A DNA stretch of 64,000 bases from Candidatus Anderseniibacteriota bacterium (GTDB lineage: Bacteria; Patescibacteriota; Andersenbacteria; UBA10190): NCBI GenBank assembly GCA_040876835.1, contig JBBDOX010000018.1:18232-82231 (forward strand). Reading direction: 5' to 3'. Numbering within the stretch: the first letter of the stretch is position 1; every line of letters begins with the position of its first letter. The notes beneath the pieces were generated by a model. It saw only the letters and a list, made by a program, of their open reading frames with translations, ran no database searches and was not told where the DNA came from. The translations under genes and the position numbers were made by a program. Below, in pieces: positions 18,143 to 28,126 of the stretch.

Positions 18143-18790
18143 ATGAACAGGAAGTTCTTGTGGTCAGTGGGCGGAGTCGGCACCCTGGCTGCTTTATTAT
18201 TAGTAATCGGCCTTGGTACAACAGCGGCCAGTACCTCGTACACATTCGTCGTGCGCGGAGTAGTTGAGTCCGTTAACACCAGCACTGGTGTGATGAACGT
18301 CACTGGTACTTTCGCTTCGGCGAAGGCCATAGTTGATACCCAGAGCAAGAATATCGGCTATTCAGTTAAGAATGCCAAGTTCACTAAGTGGGAGAATGGC
18401 GTGCGAGTTAAGCGTAATATCAAGCACGTTGCTGTAGGTGATGAAGTTGTCCTTAAGGGCAGCAAAACAACTGGCGGATCATTTGTCGTTGACGAGCTGA
18501 CCGTTAATGATCGCGGATTTGAAGTAGTTGGACGCGTTCGTGACATTGATACTGAAGAAAATAGCATCACGGTTGTAGTGGGACGCTCCACATATAAGCA
18601 TAAGGCGTATGTTAATAAGGAAGTGAAAGTGTACTACATTGACGATGTAACTAAATGTCGACGTCTTGGTACAGAAATTGATTGTAGCGAGATCCAAGCT
18701 GACAACCAGGGTATCAAGGTTAAAGGTGGTCTGACCGGCGCCGAAGGTAAGTGGGAAATATCCCACGCCTGGAACCAGTATCCTCTGTAA
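18143..18790 (+). CDS. Secreted or membrane-anchored hypothetical protein with two beta-rich internal repeats
   Basis: N-terminal hydrophobic anchor. Repeated 'FVVRGVVESV..' and 'FEVVGRVRDI..' modules. Host-like GC. Confidence 0.5.
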   Translation: MNRKFLWSVGGVGTLAALLLVIGLGTTAASTSYTFVVRGVVESVNTSTGVMNVTGTFASAKAIVDTQSKNIGYSVKNAKFTKWENGVRVKRNIKHVAVGDEVVLKGSKTTGGSFVVDELTVNDRGFEVVGRVRDIDTEENSITVVVGRSTYKHKAYVNKEVKVYYIDDVTKCRRLGTEIDCSEIQADNQGIKVKGGLTGAEGKWEISHAWNQYPL

Positions 18791-18815
18791 AGTCAGAGAC
18801 CTGCGTTCTACAGAA

Positions 18816-18845
18816 CAGCCCCTCTTTTACGAGGGGCTGTTTGTT
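18816..18845 (+). terminator. Intrinsic terminator after ORF 18143..18790; overlaps the dnaJ stop
   Basis: cagcccctc-tttta-cgaggggctg hairpin followed by TTTGTT. Confidence 0.5.
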
Positions 18846-19920
18846 AGCCAAACAATCCTTTTTTCTTAGACTTTTTGAATTCCTCCAAGAGTTCCTTCTG
18901 TTTGCGTGACAGTTTGCGGGGAATATCGATATGAACTGTCACGATATGATCGCCTCTACCAGACCCACTCAGAGAGGGAAAGCCCTGCCCCTGCAGGCGG
19001 ACAGTCGTTTCAGGTTGCGTGCCAGAGGCAATCGTTATCTCTTTATCACCTGCCAATGTTTTAACAGAAATATTTGTACCCAGGATCGCATCGGTAAAGG
19101 GAATTGTAGCTTCGCTCACTACGTTATTCCCCTCCCGCCGCATGTATTTATCAGATGCTACATGAATCGTAACAAAAAGATCACCAGGAATTCCACCGCG
19201 CGCCGGCACCTCTCCCTTACCACTAATGCGAATTGTTTGGCCATCAGCAATACCGGCCGGAACATCAACCGTAAGCGTTCTGTCTTTTAATTCTCTCCCC
19301 TGCCCCCCACACTCGGAACACACAGTCTTAGCCTGCTTACCTTCACCCTGACAGGTTGGGCAGACAGACTGTTGGGAAAACACACCTAAGGGAGTGCTCC
19401 GACTTTGGGTGATTACTCCTGTCCCACTGCAAGTAGCACATGTTTCAATCGGTGTGCCAGGCTCTGCTCCATTACCTTGACAGTGAGAGCAGGTCTGATA
19501 GATACGATGCGTAATTTCACGCTGGACTCCGGTGGCAGATTCTGAAAAGGAGATAATCATATCTACTGGTACATCGTTGCCTCGACGGACACGCTGGCGG
19601 GTGCGACTTCGTCCGCCTCCGCCAAAGAAGGTTTCGAAGATATCGCCAATGCCGCCTAGGTCTTCAAAATTGATATTAATATTTTCACCACCGAAGGGGC
19701 CTGCCCCTGTTCCTTCAAACGTCTGGCCGAACTGTTCATACTGACGACGTTTTTCCTCGTCGCCCAAGACCTGGTAGGCTTCGTTTACTTCTTTGAACTT
19801 TTCTTCGTCGCCGCCCTGTTTGTCCGGATGGTACTTATGGGCCATTTTCCGGTATGCCTTTTTTACATCCTCGGGTGAGGCATCGCGAGATATTCCTAAT
19901 GTTTCATAGTAATCAGCCAT
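18844..19920 (-). CDS. dnaJ: Chaperone DnaJ
   Basis: J-domain 'YYETLGISRDASPEDVKKAYRKMAHKYHPD', a G/F-rich linker, and four CxxCxGxG zinc-finger repeats. Confidence 0.95.
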   Translation of the reverse strand: MADYYETLGISRDASPEDVKKAYRKMAHKYHPDKQGGDEEKFKEVNEAYQVLGDEEKRRQYEQFGQTFEGTGAGPFGGENININFEDLGGIGDIFETFFGGGGRSRTRQRVRRGNDVPVDMIISFSESATGVQREITHRIYQTCSHCQGNGAEPGTPIETCATCSGTGVITQSRSTPLGVFSQQSVCPTCQGEGKQAKTVCSECGGQGRELKDRTLTVDVPAGIADGQTIRISGKGEVPARGGIPGDLFVTIHVASDKYMRREGNNVVSEATIPFTDAILGTNISVKTLAGDKEITIASGTQPETTVRLQGQGFPSLSGSGRGDHIVTVHIDIPRKLSRKQKELLEEFKKSKKKGLFG

Positions 19921-19962
19921 ACGATATTGCGAATCCCTAGGTGTAACAAACTCCTAAAGATA

Positions 19963-20919
19963 TTACAAATGGAACTGCTGCACAGTTACTTGGGCAGCCA
20001 GACGAGTTACCAATCCAATCCGTTCGCTGAAATATATGAGGAAGAAGATTAACGCATAGGTGGGCCAGACGATAAGGCTCACCACGGCCCGCAAAGCCAG
20101 CACGGCGATAAGCAAACCAACCGCGAATACTGCCGCCCCTTGACCTTCTGAAGAGTTGGTCCGAACCAGAGCCTGTTGCAGGTACTGGTTGAAATATCCG
20201 GTTAACAGCTCTGGCAAAGTTTCACTGCCCTGCACCTGAATACCCAGCTGCCGGCTTAACTCCTGCTTGGTACGCAAATGTTCATCAGGCGGAATCGTGA
20301 AACCAGGCGGTAAGTTCTGCTGTTGCTGATTCATGTAGGCTGTAATGAGTTCATCCACCGATGATTCTTTGGTGTAGCCAGGTAGAAGCTGCTTAATGAG
20401 AGGAGTGGCCGGAGTAGTGAGGGCTCCAATGTAGGTAGACGAAATCTGAATCGTGCCTCCTGTTACTCCCCGCTGCAGCGCCGGTACGGCGATGATGATC
20501 AGAGTAAGGAGGAACCCGAAGACGAGTGTTCGAGCTCCTGTGCCGAACGTCCGCGTAACCCGAACCCGGACGCGATCTTTTAGCTCAGTGTTTATAGACC
20601 GATACGCGGCAATCAGAAAGACAAGGAGCAGCCCCGCCGCTATGGCCGAGGAGAGTGTTATGCCTCCAAGCGCAAAAGCCATCACGGGCGGCGGCAAAAT
20701 CAGGAACACGCTCATACCTGCACCGCGAGAAGCGATAAAGGCAGCCACAACCGAATACAGCGCGGCCCAGACAATACCAGCAATTGCAATTAATGTTACG
20801 TAACCTGTGCCCCACTCGCCCGGCCCTCGCAGCAGCAGGGCGTACGTCATAAACAGCAGCATTGAGTAGAGCCCTGCAATTACCACCAGACCTATTTCTT
20901 TTTTACGCCGTAGTGTCAT
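19963..20919 (-). CDS. Polytopic membrane protein of unknown function, inserted between dnaK and dnaJ
   Basis: 318 aa with multiple hydrophobic helices. Same strand and close spacing to dnaK and dnaJ. Confidence 0.5.
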   Translation of the reverse strand: MTLRRKKEIGLVVIAGLYSMLLFMTYALLLRGPGEWGTGYVTLIAIAGIVWAALYSVVAAFIASRGAGMSVFLILPPPVMAFALGGITLSSAIAAGLLLVFLIAAYRSINTELKDRVRVRVTRTFGTGARTLVFGFLLTLIIIAVPALQRGVTGGTIQISSTYIGALTTPATPLIKQLLPGYTKESSVDELITAYMNQQQQNLPPGFTIPPDEHLRTKQELSRQLGIQVQGSETLPELLTGYFNQYLQQALVRTNSSEGQGAAVFAVGLLIAVLALRAVVSLIVWPTYALIFFLIYFSERIGLVTRLAAQVTVQQFHL

Positions 20920-20958
20920 TCCAGTCAGTATACCAGAACGCAGTATTCTAATTGCGCG

Positions 20959-22848
20959 TTATTTATTTTCTTCTTTCTTTTCTTCCGCTGTGCCTTCGAC
21001 TACATCTTCAGCCTTATTAGGTGAAGTGGCTGCTGTTTCTTGTTGCTGTGTCTGGTACATCTGTTGACCTACTTTCTGGATTTCTGCTGAGAGTTCTTCA
21101 GATGCTTTTTTAATAGCCGCTGTGTCATCGCTGTCTTTGAGTTTCTTCAGGACTTCAATCTTCTCTTCAACCGGCTTTTTAATATCTGCGGATACTTTGT
21201 CTCCTGCTTCCTTCAGGGTTTTTTCACTCAGGAAGATCAGCTGCTCCGCCTGATTTTTTGTTTCTACAGCTTCCTTCTTCTTTTTATCTTCTTCCGCAAA
21301 CTTCTCGGCCTCAGCTTTCATGCGTTCAACTTCTTCTTCTGATAGTCCCGAAGCACCTTCAATGCGAATTTTCTGTTCTTTACCTGATGCTTTGTCCTTG
21401 GCTGACACGTGCAGAATGCCGTTGGCATCAATGTCGAAGGTTACTTCCACCTGCGGCACGCCGCGTGGGGCTGGTGGAATACCGTCGAGTACGAATCGTC
21501 CCAGTGACTTGTTATCAGATGCCATCTCTCGCTCCCCCTGCAGAACATGAATTTCCACCTGCGGCTGATTGTCAGCGGCTGTTGAGAAAACCTGAGATTT
21601 CTTTGTAGGGACAGTCGTGTTCTTGGTAATGAGTGCCGTACGTACACCCCCGAGGGTTTCCAGCCCTAACGTCAACGGTGTCACATCAAGCAGCAAGACG
21701 TCCTTCACATCCCCGGCCATAATTCCGCCCTGGATAGCTGCTCCGCCAGCCACAACTTCATCAGGGTTAATGCCTTTGTGCGGCTCTTTATTAAAGAGCG
21801 CTTTAACGGCTTCGGTAATTTTTGGCATGCGGGTTTGTCCGCCGACCAGCACTACTTCATCAATGTCGCTGGTAGAAAGCTTGGCCTCGGATAACGCTTC
21901 TTTGGTTACTGCCAGAGTCCGGTCAACCAGGTCGGCGGTTAGCTCTTCCAGTTTGGCTCGCGTCAGAGTCATTACCAGGTGCTTAGGTCCGCTGGGCCCG
22001 GTGGTAATAAAGGGCTGGTTAATCTCTGTTGTATTTGAGCTGGACAGCTCGTGCTTAGCTCGTTCAGCTGCTTCTTTTAAGCGCTGGAGCGCCATTTGAT
22101 CACCGCTCAGGTCGATAGCTTCCTGCTTGTTGAACTCAGACAACATCCAGTCAATGATCTTCTGATCAAAGTCATCACCGCCGAGGTATGTATCTCCGTG
22201 TGTTCCTTTGACTTCAATCGTATCTTCTCCAATTTCCAGGATAGAGACATCAAACGTTCCGCCGCCTAAATCGAATACCACGACTTTTTCATCTTTCTTT
22301 TTATCGAGTCCGTATGCCAGAGCTGCAGCCGTGGGCTCGTTGATGATGCGCTTTACGTTAAAGCCGGCAATAACCCCAGCATCTTTTGTGGCCTGACGCT
22401 GCGAGTCATCAAAGTATGCGGGTACGGTAATGACGGCGTCGGTAATTTCGTGGCCGAGCTTGCTTTCAGCGTCGCTTTTCAGCTTCTGCAGCACCATGGC
22501 AGACACTTCAGCCGGACGCATCCACTTCTCACCCAGCTGTATCTCCACACCTCCGTCAGATCCTTCTCGAATTTTATACGGCAGCATGTCTTTGGCTTTC
22601 TGCACCTGTTCATCTTTAAATTTGCGACCGATCAAACGCTTAGCTGAAAAGATCGTGTTTTCGGGATTAACCACCGACTGCCGCTTGGCGATAGTACCAA
22701 CCAGCCGCTCCCCTGATTTGTTTAAGGCCACGACTGAAGGAGTGGTGCGGTTACCTTCGCTGTTTTCAATGATTTTGGGTTGTCCGCCTTCGACATATGC
22801 TACAGCGGAGTTTGTTGTTCCAAGATCGATGCCTAGTATTGTGCTCAT
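20959..22848 (-). CDS. dnaK: Chaperone DnaK (Hsp70)
   Basis: '[14 protein letters not shown]', '[14 protein letters not shown]' and '[13 protein letters not shown]' Hsp70 signatures. Confidence 0.97.
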   Translation of the reverse strand: MSTILGIDLGTTNSAVAYVEGGQPKIIENSEGNRTTPSVVALNKSGERLVGTIAKRQSVVNPENTIFSAKRLIGRKFKDEQVQKAKDMLPYKIREGSDGGVEIQLGEKWMRPAEVSAMVLQKLKSDAESKLGHEITDAVITVPAYFDDSQRQATKDAGVIAGFNVKRIINEPTAAALAYGLDKKKDEKVVVFDLGGGTFDVSILEIGEDTIEVKGTHGDTYLGGDDFDQKIIDWMLSEFNKQEAIDLSGDQMALQRLKEAAERAKHELSSSNTTEINQPFITTGPSGPKHLVMTLTRAKLEELTADLVDRTLAVTKEALSEAKLSTSDIDEVVLVGGQTRMPKITEAVKALFNKEPHKGINPDEVVAGGAAIQGGIMAGDVKDVLLLDVTPLTLGLETLGGVRTALITKNTTVPTKKSQVFSTAADNQPQVEIHVLQGEREMASDNKSLGRFVLDGIPPAPRGVPQVEVTFDIDANGILHVSAKDKASGKEQKIRIEGASGLSEEEVERMKAEAEKFAEEDKKKKEAVETKNQAEQLIFLSEKTLKEAGDKVSADIKKPVEEKIEVLKKLKDSDDTAAIKKASEELSAEIQKVGQQMYQTQQQETAATSPNKAEDVVEGTAEEKKEENK

Positions 22849-22941
22849 ATATTTGAATTAGTAATTTAGGTATGAATATCGATTAAATCGAAGCGCAAGA
22901 GCCTTCAGAAGTGAAGGAGCCTACGCTTCGCCTTAACCCTA

Positions 22942-23403
22942 TCATGCGGCTACTTTGACTTTAGCCGGGCGCATTACGGTGTCCCCCAGCGCGTATCCCG
23001 GCTGCAGCACTTCGACTATGGTGCCGCTTTCCTGAGCGTGCTCATCTGTCTTTTCAACAGCCTCATGAACAGCAGGGTCAAACGCCTGTCCGGCGGGGTT
23101 AATAATCTTCACGCCCAAATCTCCTAGGGCCTGCTCAAATTGCCGGGAGATGTGAAGGACCCCCTGTGTCCAGGGATCCTGCTCCTGCTGAGGTGGCACG
23201 TGTGCAGCAAGAGACCGGAAGTTATCAGCCACGGATAACAGTTCTTCTACCACGTTGCGCTTGACGCGCTCCTTGCTATTCAGCAGTTCGCTATCCATAC
23301 GCTGACGTAGATTAGACAGTTGCGCCCGTGCGCGTTTCCAGCCTTCCAGGTACTCCTGGGCGGAAGGAGAAGATAGGCCGTGAAGTTGTGATGAATGTGT
23401 CAT
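22942..23403 (-). CDS. grpE: Nucleotide exchange factor GrpE
   Basis: Position between hrcA and dnaK. Coiled-coil N-terminus plus a C-terminal 'ALGDTVMRPAKVKV' beta domain. Confidence 0.8.
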   Translation of the reverse strand: MTHSSQLHGLSSPSAQEYLEGWKRARAQLSNLRQRMDSELLNSKERVKRNVVEELLSVADNFRSLAAHVPPQQEQDPWTQGVLHISRQFEQALGDLGVKIINPAGQAFDPAVHEAVEKTDEHAQESGTIVEVLQPGYALGDTVMRPAKVKVAA

Positions 23404-23408
23404 ATACG

Positions 23409-24116
23409 TTACATGTGTTCAATTATAGAAGCGACTGAATCGAGCAGCGATACGTTGCGTCGATACTGCATGCGCTTTGGCCCTACAATGAGCAGCACAG
23501 CTCGCTCCCCTGTCGGTAGCTTCGCGGCCCGCACGAGCAGGCTGGTGTGCTGAGACTGCCTGACCGGATTTTCCTGTCCGATATATATCTGGACTGCTCC
23601 ATCGGCATGCTGAGCCAAGTCTTCAATGTGCTGATCAATATTGTCCAGAAAGTTTGAAGCCTCGCGTGCAGCGTCCTGGGTATCTTCTCCTTCATCTGCA
23701 AAGAGGGTGGCCAGTCCCGCCTCCTGGATATCCCTGGTTGATAAATATCCGCTCACCGCGATTGATCGCGCCAGCTCTGCCAGTAGTTTTGCGGTGGCCC
23801 GGGCCGGACGTTCATACTCCTCCTGATACCGTGACAGCCGCCCGGCAAGCTGCTGCATTTGTCCGTCGCTGCGACTCCGGAACGTCAAATTGTCGACATA
23901 ATATCGGTAGCCTTTGTCGGTTGGAATACGTCCAGCGGAAGTGTGCGGCTGGACTACGTACCCTTCTTCTTCGAGCTCGCGCAGAATATTGCGCATCGTG
24001 GCCGGACTTACTTCCACATCTAGCAGCTCGCACAGCCGCATACTGCCAACTGGTTTGGCAGTACGTGTATATTCCTCAACAAGCCCTTTTAAAATGTGAG
24101 CTGAGCGATACTCCAT
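23409..24116 (-). CDS. hrcA: Heat-inducible transcription repressor HrcA (short form)
   Basis: N-terminal wHTH 'ILKGLVEEYTRTAKPVGSMRLCELLDVEVSPATMRNILRELEEEGY'. A CIRCE element lies immediately upstream. Confidence 0.75.
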   Translation of the reverse strand: MEYRSAHILKGLVEEYTRTAKPVGSMRLCELLDVEVSPATMRNILRELEEEGYVVQPHTSAGRIPTDKGYRYYVDNLTFRSRSDGQMQQLAGRLSRYQEEYERPARATAKLLAELARSIAVSGYLSTRDIQEAGLATLFADEGEDTQDAAREASNFLDNIDQHIEDLAQHADGAVQIYIGQENPVRQSQHTSLLVRAAKLPTGERAVLLIVGPKRMQYRRNVSLLDSVASIIEHM

Positions 24117-24138
24117 GACTACAGTATATGTGTGAACG

Positions 24139-24165
24139 TTAGCACTCTATCAACACGAGTGCTAA
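24139..24165. promoter_or_regulatory. CIRCE operator (HrcA binding site) upstream of hrcA-grpE-dnaK-dnaJ
   Basis: Perfect TTAGCACTC-N9-GAGTGCTAA inverted repeat. Confidence 0.85.
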
Positions 24166-24170
24166 CACCT

Positions 24171-24198
24171 ATGCTACGTAAGAAGCCGGACTGTGTCA
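24171..24198 (-). promoter_or_regulatory. Sigma70-like promoter of the hrcA operon
   Basis: On the minus strand: TTGACA, a 17-nt spacer, then TAGCAT, immediately upstream of CIRCE. Confidence 0.5.
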
Positions 24199-24201
24199 AC
24201 G

Positions 24202-25368
24202 CTATGTGTTGAGCTGCTGGAGAACAACGAGCATGTGAGAGGCGTTGCCGGGGTTGATGGAAAGCTCGCTGATAATAGAATTATTCAAACCGAAGGAGAA
24301 TGTATTCCACGTTCCTCCGCCATCTTCAGACCGGTACAGCACATTATTCACCGCCACAAACAGTCGATCGGCATTGCTGGGGCTGGTCGTTACCCTAATA
24401 ATATTGAATTTTTGGGTGAGCTCTACAGGTACGCTGAGCTGAATCCAGCTTTGTCCACTGTCGCGAGTTACCACCGCTCCGTCCTCTACCCCTACTAGCA
24501 GAGCATCGGGGAACTGCGGAATGAAAGCTGCATCAAAGACATCTTTCTTTCCGGATACTCTTCCTAAAGGTGAAGGGTCATTAATGAATTGCGGGATGTC
24601 GATATTTTCCTGTACCCCGTCTCGAATACGGATGAGTTCCTGATTGGCTGTTACAATTGCCAGCTCTCCAGGTCGGTGCGGTGAGACTATGAGGCGACGT
24701 AAGCCTGTGGCCCGCTGGTTGCCCACGGGTGTCTGCCGGGAACTGCGAACGGTGTACAGACTACGCCAGGTCTTTGCCGATTGCTCCCCCGCAAATATTG
24801 TCCCTAGATTCGAGGCAGCATAAATGCGATTGAGGTCGAACGGATCCAGTTGTATCGAGACAACCACAGAAGGAGTAGGATCTGATCCCAGTAAAAAGTT
24901 CGGCCGGTTATCGGTTGGTACGGGCACAGTAAACACCTGCTGCCAGCTGGCACCGTCGTCCAGACTGCGAATGACGTGCCCCTGCCCCTCCTGGTCAGAA
25001 CCGGCTACGACCACAGTTTTGTCATCCAAAACCACTACGTCCAACGCTCGCGTTAAAGGCGTTGATATTACAGTCCAGCTTTCACCACCGTCTTCGCTTT
25101 TAACTATCCCCTGCCCTCCGGCTGCAACATAGACTAACTGAGGATCAGCTGGCACCCGAAAGATATCAAATAGAGAAAAGCGCGCGATATACTCGCCGGG
25201 TTTTCCCACAATCGCAACTGCCTGATCAAAGTTGGCACCCGCACTAGTGGAGCGGTAGATTCCTCCAGGTGGAGCCGGTGAGACATTCCGAGCGCATCCG
25301 CCGAGCGCCAGAAATGCAATGGCTACGGTTGGTACAAAAAAACTGCGTATCGTGTAGGTTCTCGGCAC
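24202..25368 (-). CDS. BNR/Asp-box repeat beta-propeller lipoprotein
   Basis: Lipobox 'LALGGC'. Repeated S-x-D-x-G-x-(S/T)-W boxes ('SEDGGESW', 'SLDDGASW', 'TRDSGQSW', 'SEDGGGTW'). Confidence 0.6.
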   Translation of the reverse strand: MPRTYTIRSFFVPTVAIAFLALGGCARNVSPAPPGGIYRSTSAGANFDQAVAIVGKPGEYIARFSLFDIFRVPADPQLVYVAAGGQGIVKSEDGGESWTVISTPLTRALDVVVLDDKTVVVAGSDQEGQGHVIRSLDDGASWQQVFTVPVPTDNRPNFLLGSDPTPSVVVSIQLDPFDLNRIYAASNLGTIFAGEQSAKTWRSLYTVRSSRQTPVGNQRATGLRRLIVSPHRPGELAIVTANQELIRIRDGVQENIDIPQFINDPSPLGRVSGKKDVFDAAFIPQFPDALLVGVEDGAVVTRDSGQSWIQLSVPVELTQKFNIIRVTTSPSNADRLFVAVNNVLYRSEDGGGTWNTFSFGLNNSIISELSINPGNASHMLVVLQQLNT

Positions 25369-25391
25369 ACATTTATAGTATCATATTTGAT

Positions 25392-26282
25392 ATGGAGCAG
25401 CGTGTAGAAATAAAAGGAATTCAGTGGCAGAACCTGGAAAAACCCGATAACGGGGAGTTGGCTGCTTTTATTCGTGCTACGGAACTGTTGCCGATTGATG
25501 CTGAATTCATTATGCATGATCATCAGCGGCCGGAAGTTGCTATCCGCAGCGACTACATTCTGACGCTGGTTCATATCCCGGTGTTTGACAAGAAGCTGCG
25601 AGTGACGAGCGGCGCTCCGCTGTACTTTGTTGTCAAAGAAAACACTATTTACACCCTGCAATACCAGCACATAGTGACCCTGCAAAAAATTATTCAGGAA
25701 TTTGAAAAGAATGCAGATATTCATCGAGAGCTGTTTTCAGATAGCGCCTTGAGCTTGGCGCTGTATTTGATCAGCCTGCTTAATAGTAGTTCGTTCCGGA
25801 AAGTGACTCGCCTGGCTAAGCACATTGAGATTGCCGAGGATGCGGTCTTTCACGGCAACGAACGTAAGATGGTGGAGGAAGTAGGTATTTTAACTCGAGA
25901 TGTTCTCGACTTCCGTCGCATTATCCGTCCGCAAATTACGCTGTTTTCTCTTGCCTCACTGGATGATTTTCCGGATGACATTCGCGCTCAATGGGCCCGT
26001 ATCAGCGGACAGTTGAATCAGATGTGGGAATTGCTGCAGGCGCTGCATGACAGTACGAAGGAGTTGCGGAATACTAACGATTCAATGCTGCAATACAAGG
26101 AAAATGAGTTGCTGCGTCTGCTCTCCTTTTATTCCATTATCGCCATTCCCATTTTGATGCTTGCCAACCCTTACAGCTCAGGCGATCCGGAAGCCAGAAG
26201 CGTTTTCTGGGGAGCGCTGGGGATTCTACTGCTCCTTCTGGGATTAATCTTTCTGCGGGCCAAACGTCGGCGGGTGCTGTAA
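25392..26282 (+). CDS. CorA-like divalent cation transporter with a divergent 'MLANPYS' in place of the GMN motif
   Basis: Cytoplasmic domain plus two C-terminal TM helices. Start moved to the ATG at 25392 to avoid overlap with the upstream minus-strand gene. Confidence 0.5.
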   Translation: MEQRVEIKGIQWQNLEKPDNGELAAFIRATELLPIDAEFIMHDHQRPEVAIRSDYILTLVHIPVFDKKLRVTSGAPLYFVVKENTIYTLQYQHIVTLQKIIQEFEKNADIHRELFSDSALSLALYLISLLNSSSFRKVTRLAKHIEIAEDAVFHGNERKMVEEVGILTRDVLDFRRIIRPQITLFSLASLDDFPDDIRAQWARISGQLNQMWELLQALHDSTKELRNTNDSMLQYKENELLRLLSFYSIIAIPILMLANPYSSGDPEARSVFWGALGILLLLLGLIFLRAKRRRVL

Positions 26283-26284
26283 CT

Positions 26285-27709
26285 GTGGCAAGCGATATTC
26301 AATTATATAATTCTCTTACCAAAAGACTTGAGACATTTAAATCTCAGGAGCCTGGTAAGGTTTCGTTATATAACTGCGGACCCACGGTCTACAAGCGTCA
26401 GCATATCGGCAATATGCGCCGATTTCTGTTTTCGGACTTTCTGCGAAGAACGCTGGAATCTTTCGGCTATGAGGTCCGGGAGATTACCAACATTACTGAC
26501 GTTGGACACCTCACTCAGGACGAGATCAATGCCGGAGAGGATAAGATAGAAAAAGAAGCTAAAGCTCAGAGTGTTACCCCGGCCGATATCACTGTCAGAC
26601 AAATCCAGCTGTTTATGACCGACATCAAAGCTCTGAATATTGAGTCTGCACATCTCTACCCCCGAGCGACTGAACATATTCAGCAGATGCAGGATATGAT
26701 TGTGACTTTGATCGAAAAAAACCATGCGTATGAAACTGCCGAGGGTGTATATTTTGATGTTCAGTCTTTTCCGGATTATGGAAAGCTGTCGGGTAATACG
26801 CTGGAAAAAATAGATCCTGGTCACCGTGTGGATGTGCGCGAAGAAAAGAAGCATCCGGCTGACTTCGCGTTGTGGGTAAAGGATGATCAGCACCTGCAAA
26901 AATGGAATTCCCCCTGGGGGGTGGGCTACCCCGGCTGGCATATTGAATGTTCAGCCATGAGCCTGGCGTACCTGCCTGCCCCCATTGATATCCACACCGG
27001 GGGCGAGGATAACCGATTCCCCCATCATGAGAATGAGATTGCCCAGTCAGAAGCTGCCCTTGGCGTACCGTTCGCCCACTACTGGCTGCATAACCGCCAT
27101 CTGCAGATGGGCGGACAGAAGCTGGCCAAGCGGGAAGGTCAGCAGATTACCCTCGACACTATTAGAGAGCGGGGCTTTTCTCCCCTGGCTTTCCGTTTAT
27201 TTGTATTCGGCACCCACTACCGAACTAAGATCGACTTTAGCTGGGAGGCTTTAGCGGCCGCTCAGGAATATCTCGAAACCATCCGACAGCTTGTGCGTCT
27301 GCTGCAAGAGCAAGGTGTAAAACCAGGTCAGCCTGATCATCAGGTGGTTGAAGCTTTCCGCTTAGCCCTAGGAGATGATTTGAATACACCTGAGGCAAAT
27401 GCTGTCTTTGCAGAGTATGTTCGGAAGATGAACAAGCTGCTGGCAGAAGGCGCACCGTCAAAAGAACTTGAGCAGGCATACGGCACGCTGCATGCGATGG
27501 ATACTGTAGTTGGCGTCATCGGTCCACTTGAAGTTGAATTAGGACATGAGGATATTCCAGTTGATATCCAAGCTTTGGCAACCGAGCGGGAACAGGCCCG
27601 GGCTGAAAAACAGTTTGAGCGCGCTGATGCATTACGCCTGGAGTTAGAAACAAAAGGATATCGCGTTGAAGATACATCTGCTGGTCCTCGCGTCATCAAG
27701 TTGCAATAA
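26285..27709 (+). CDS. cysS: Cysteinyl-tRNA synthetase
   Basis: '[13 protein letters not shown]' (HIGH region). CysRS zinc-site residues. 'KLAKR' in the KMSKS position. Confidence 0.9.
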   Translation: MASDIQLYNSLTKRLETFKSQEPGKVSLYNCGPTVYKRQHIGNMRRFLFSDFLRRTLESFGYEVREITNITDVGHLTQDEINAGEDKIEKEAKAQSVTPADITVRQIQLFMTDIKALNIESAHLYPRATEHIQQMQDMIVTLIEKNHAYETAEGVYFDVQSFPDYGKLSGNTLEKIDPGHRVDVREEKKHPADFALWVKDDQHLQKWNSPWGVGYPGWHIECSAMSLAYLPAPIDIHTGGEDNRFPHHENEIAQSEAALGVPFAHYWLHNRHLQMGGQKLAKREGQQITLDTIRERGFSPLAFRLFVFGTHYRTKIDFSWEALAAAQEYLETIRQLVRLLQEQGVKPGQPDHQVVEAFRLALGDDLNTPEANAVFAEYVRKMNKLLAEGAPSKELEQAYGTLHAMDTVVGVIGPLEVELGHEDIPVDIQALATEREQARAEKQFERADALRLELETKGYRVEDTSAGPRVIKLQ

Positions 27710-27783
27710 CGGATCAATCACTTATATTTTCTGTATTGGCCCTACTGGAGTAGGGACGTTCTTTCCCGCAGGAGGATCCTGAC

Positions 27784-27990
27784 ATGAGGTGTGTGGTTTT
27801 TGGATCCGATGGGCTGCCCCTTGCCCCGTCGATCGACCAGACTCGCGGCGTGCGCTTGATTCGAAACAGAAGCGGAGAACTGTATGTCTGTCGCCAGTGT
27901 CCCTTCTCTTGCTACATCAAGGAGGGAGCTGTCCCACGCTATGTCCGCTGTAGCCAATGTGGCGGCGTGATGGACCCCTCTCCTACGTAA
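27784..27990 (+). CDS. Small CxxC...CxxC zinc-ribbon protein (68 aa), high-GC orphan
   Basis: AGGAGG Shine-Dalgarno before the ATG. 'CRQCPFSC...CSQCGG' Cys pairs. Followed by a hairpin plus T-run. Confidence 0.4.
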   Translation: MRCVVFGSDGLPLAPSIDQTRGVRLIRNRSGELYVCRQCPFSCYIKEGAVPRYVRCSQCGGVMDPSPT

Positions 27991-28029
27991 ACTGTGCTTT
28001 GTTTTCGCCTTTGTTTACTCCCCAACCTT

Positions 28030-28053
28030 CCGACCTTCTAGGTCGGATTTTTT
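28030..28053 (+). terminator. Intrinsic terminator after ORF 27784..27990
   Basis: ccgacc-ttcta-ggtcgg hairpin followed by ATTTTTT. Confidence 0.5.
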
Positions 28054-28126
28054 CCCACACCTTTTCCACTTACCCAAGCGAACAGATAGCGGTATAGTAA
28101 CGATTGCTATTCACTTAAGAGGTCGT

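Noticed and set aside
21617-22099. 160-aa plus-strand ORF inside dnaK
   Set aside because: Antisense to dnaK, which has unmistakable Hsp70 motifs.
25269-25391. N-terminal extension of the CorA-like ORF
   Set aside because: Overlaps the upstream minus-strand lipoprotein gene. The conserved CorA-like sequence starts at the internal ATG at 25392.
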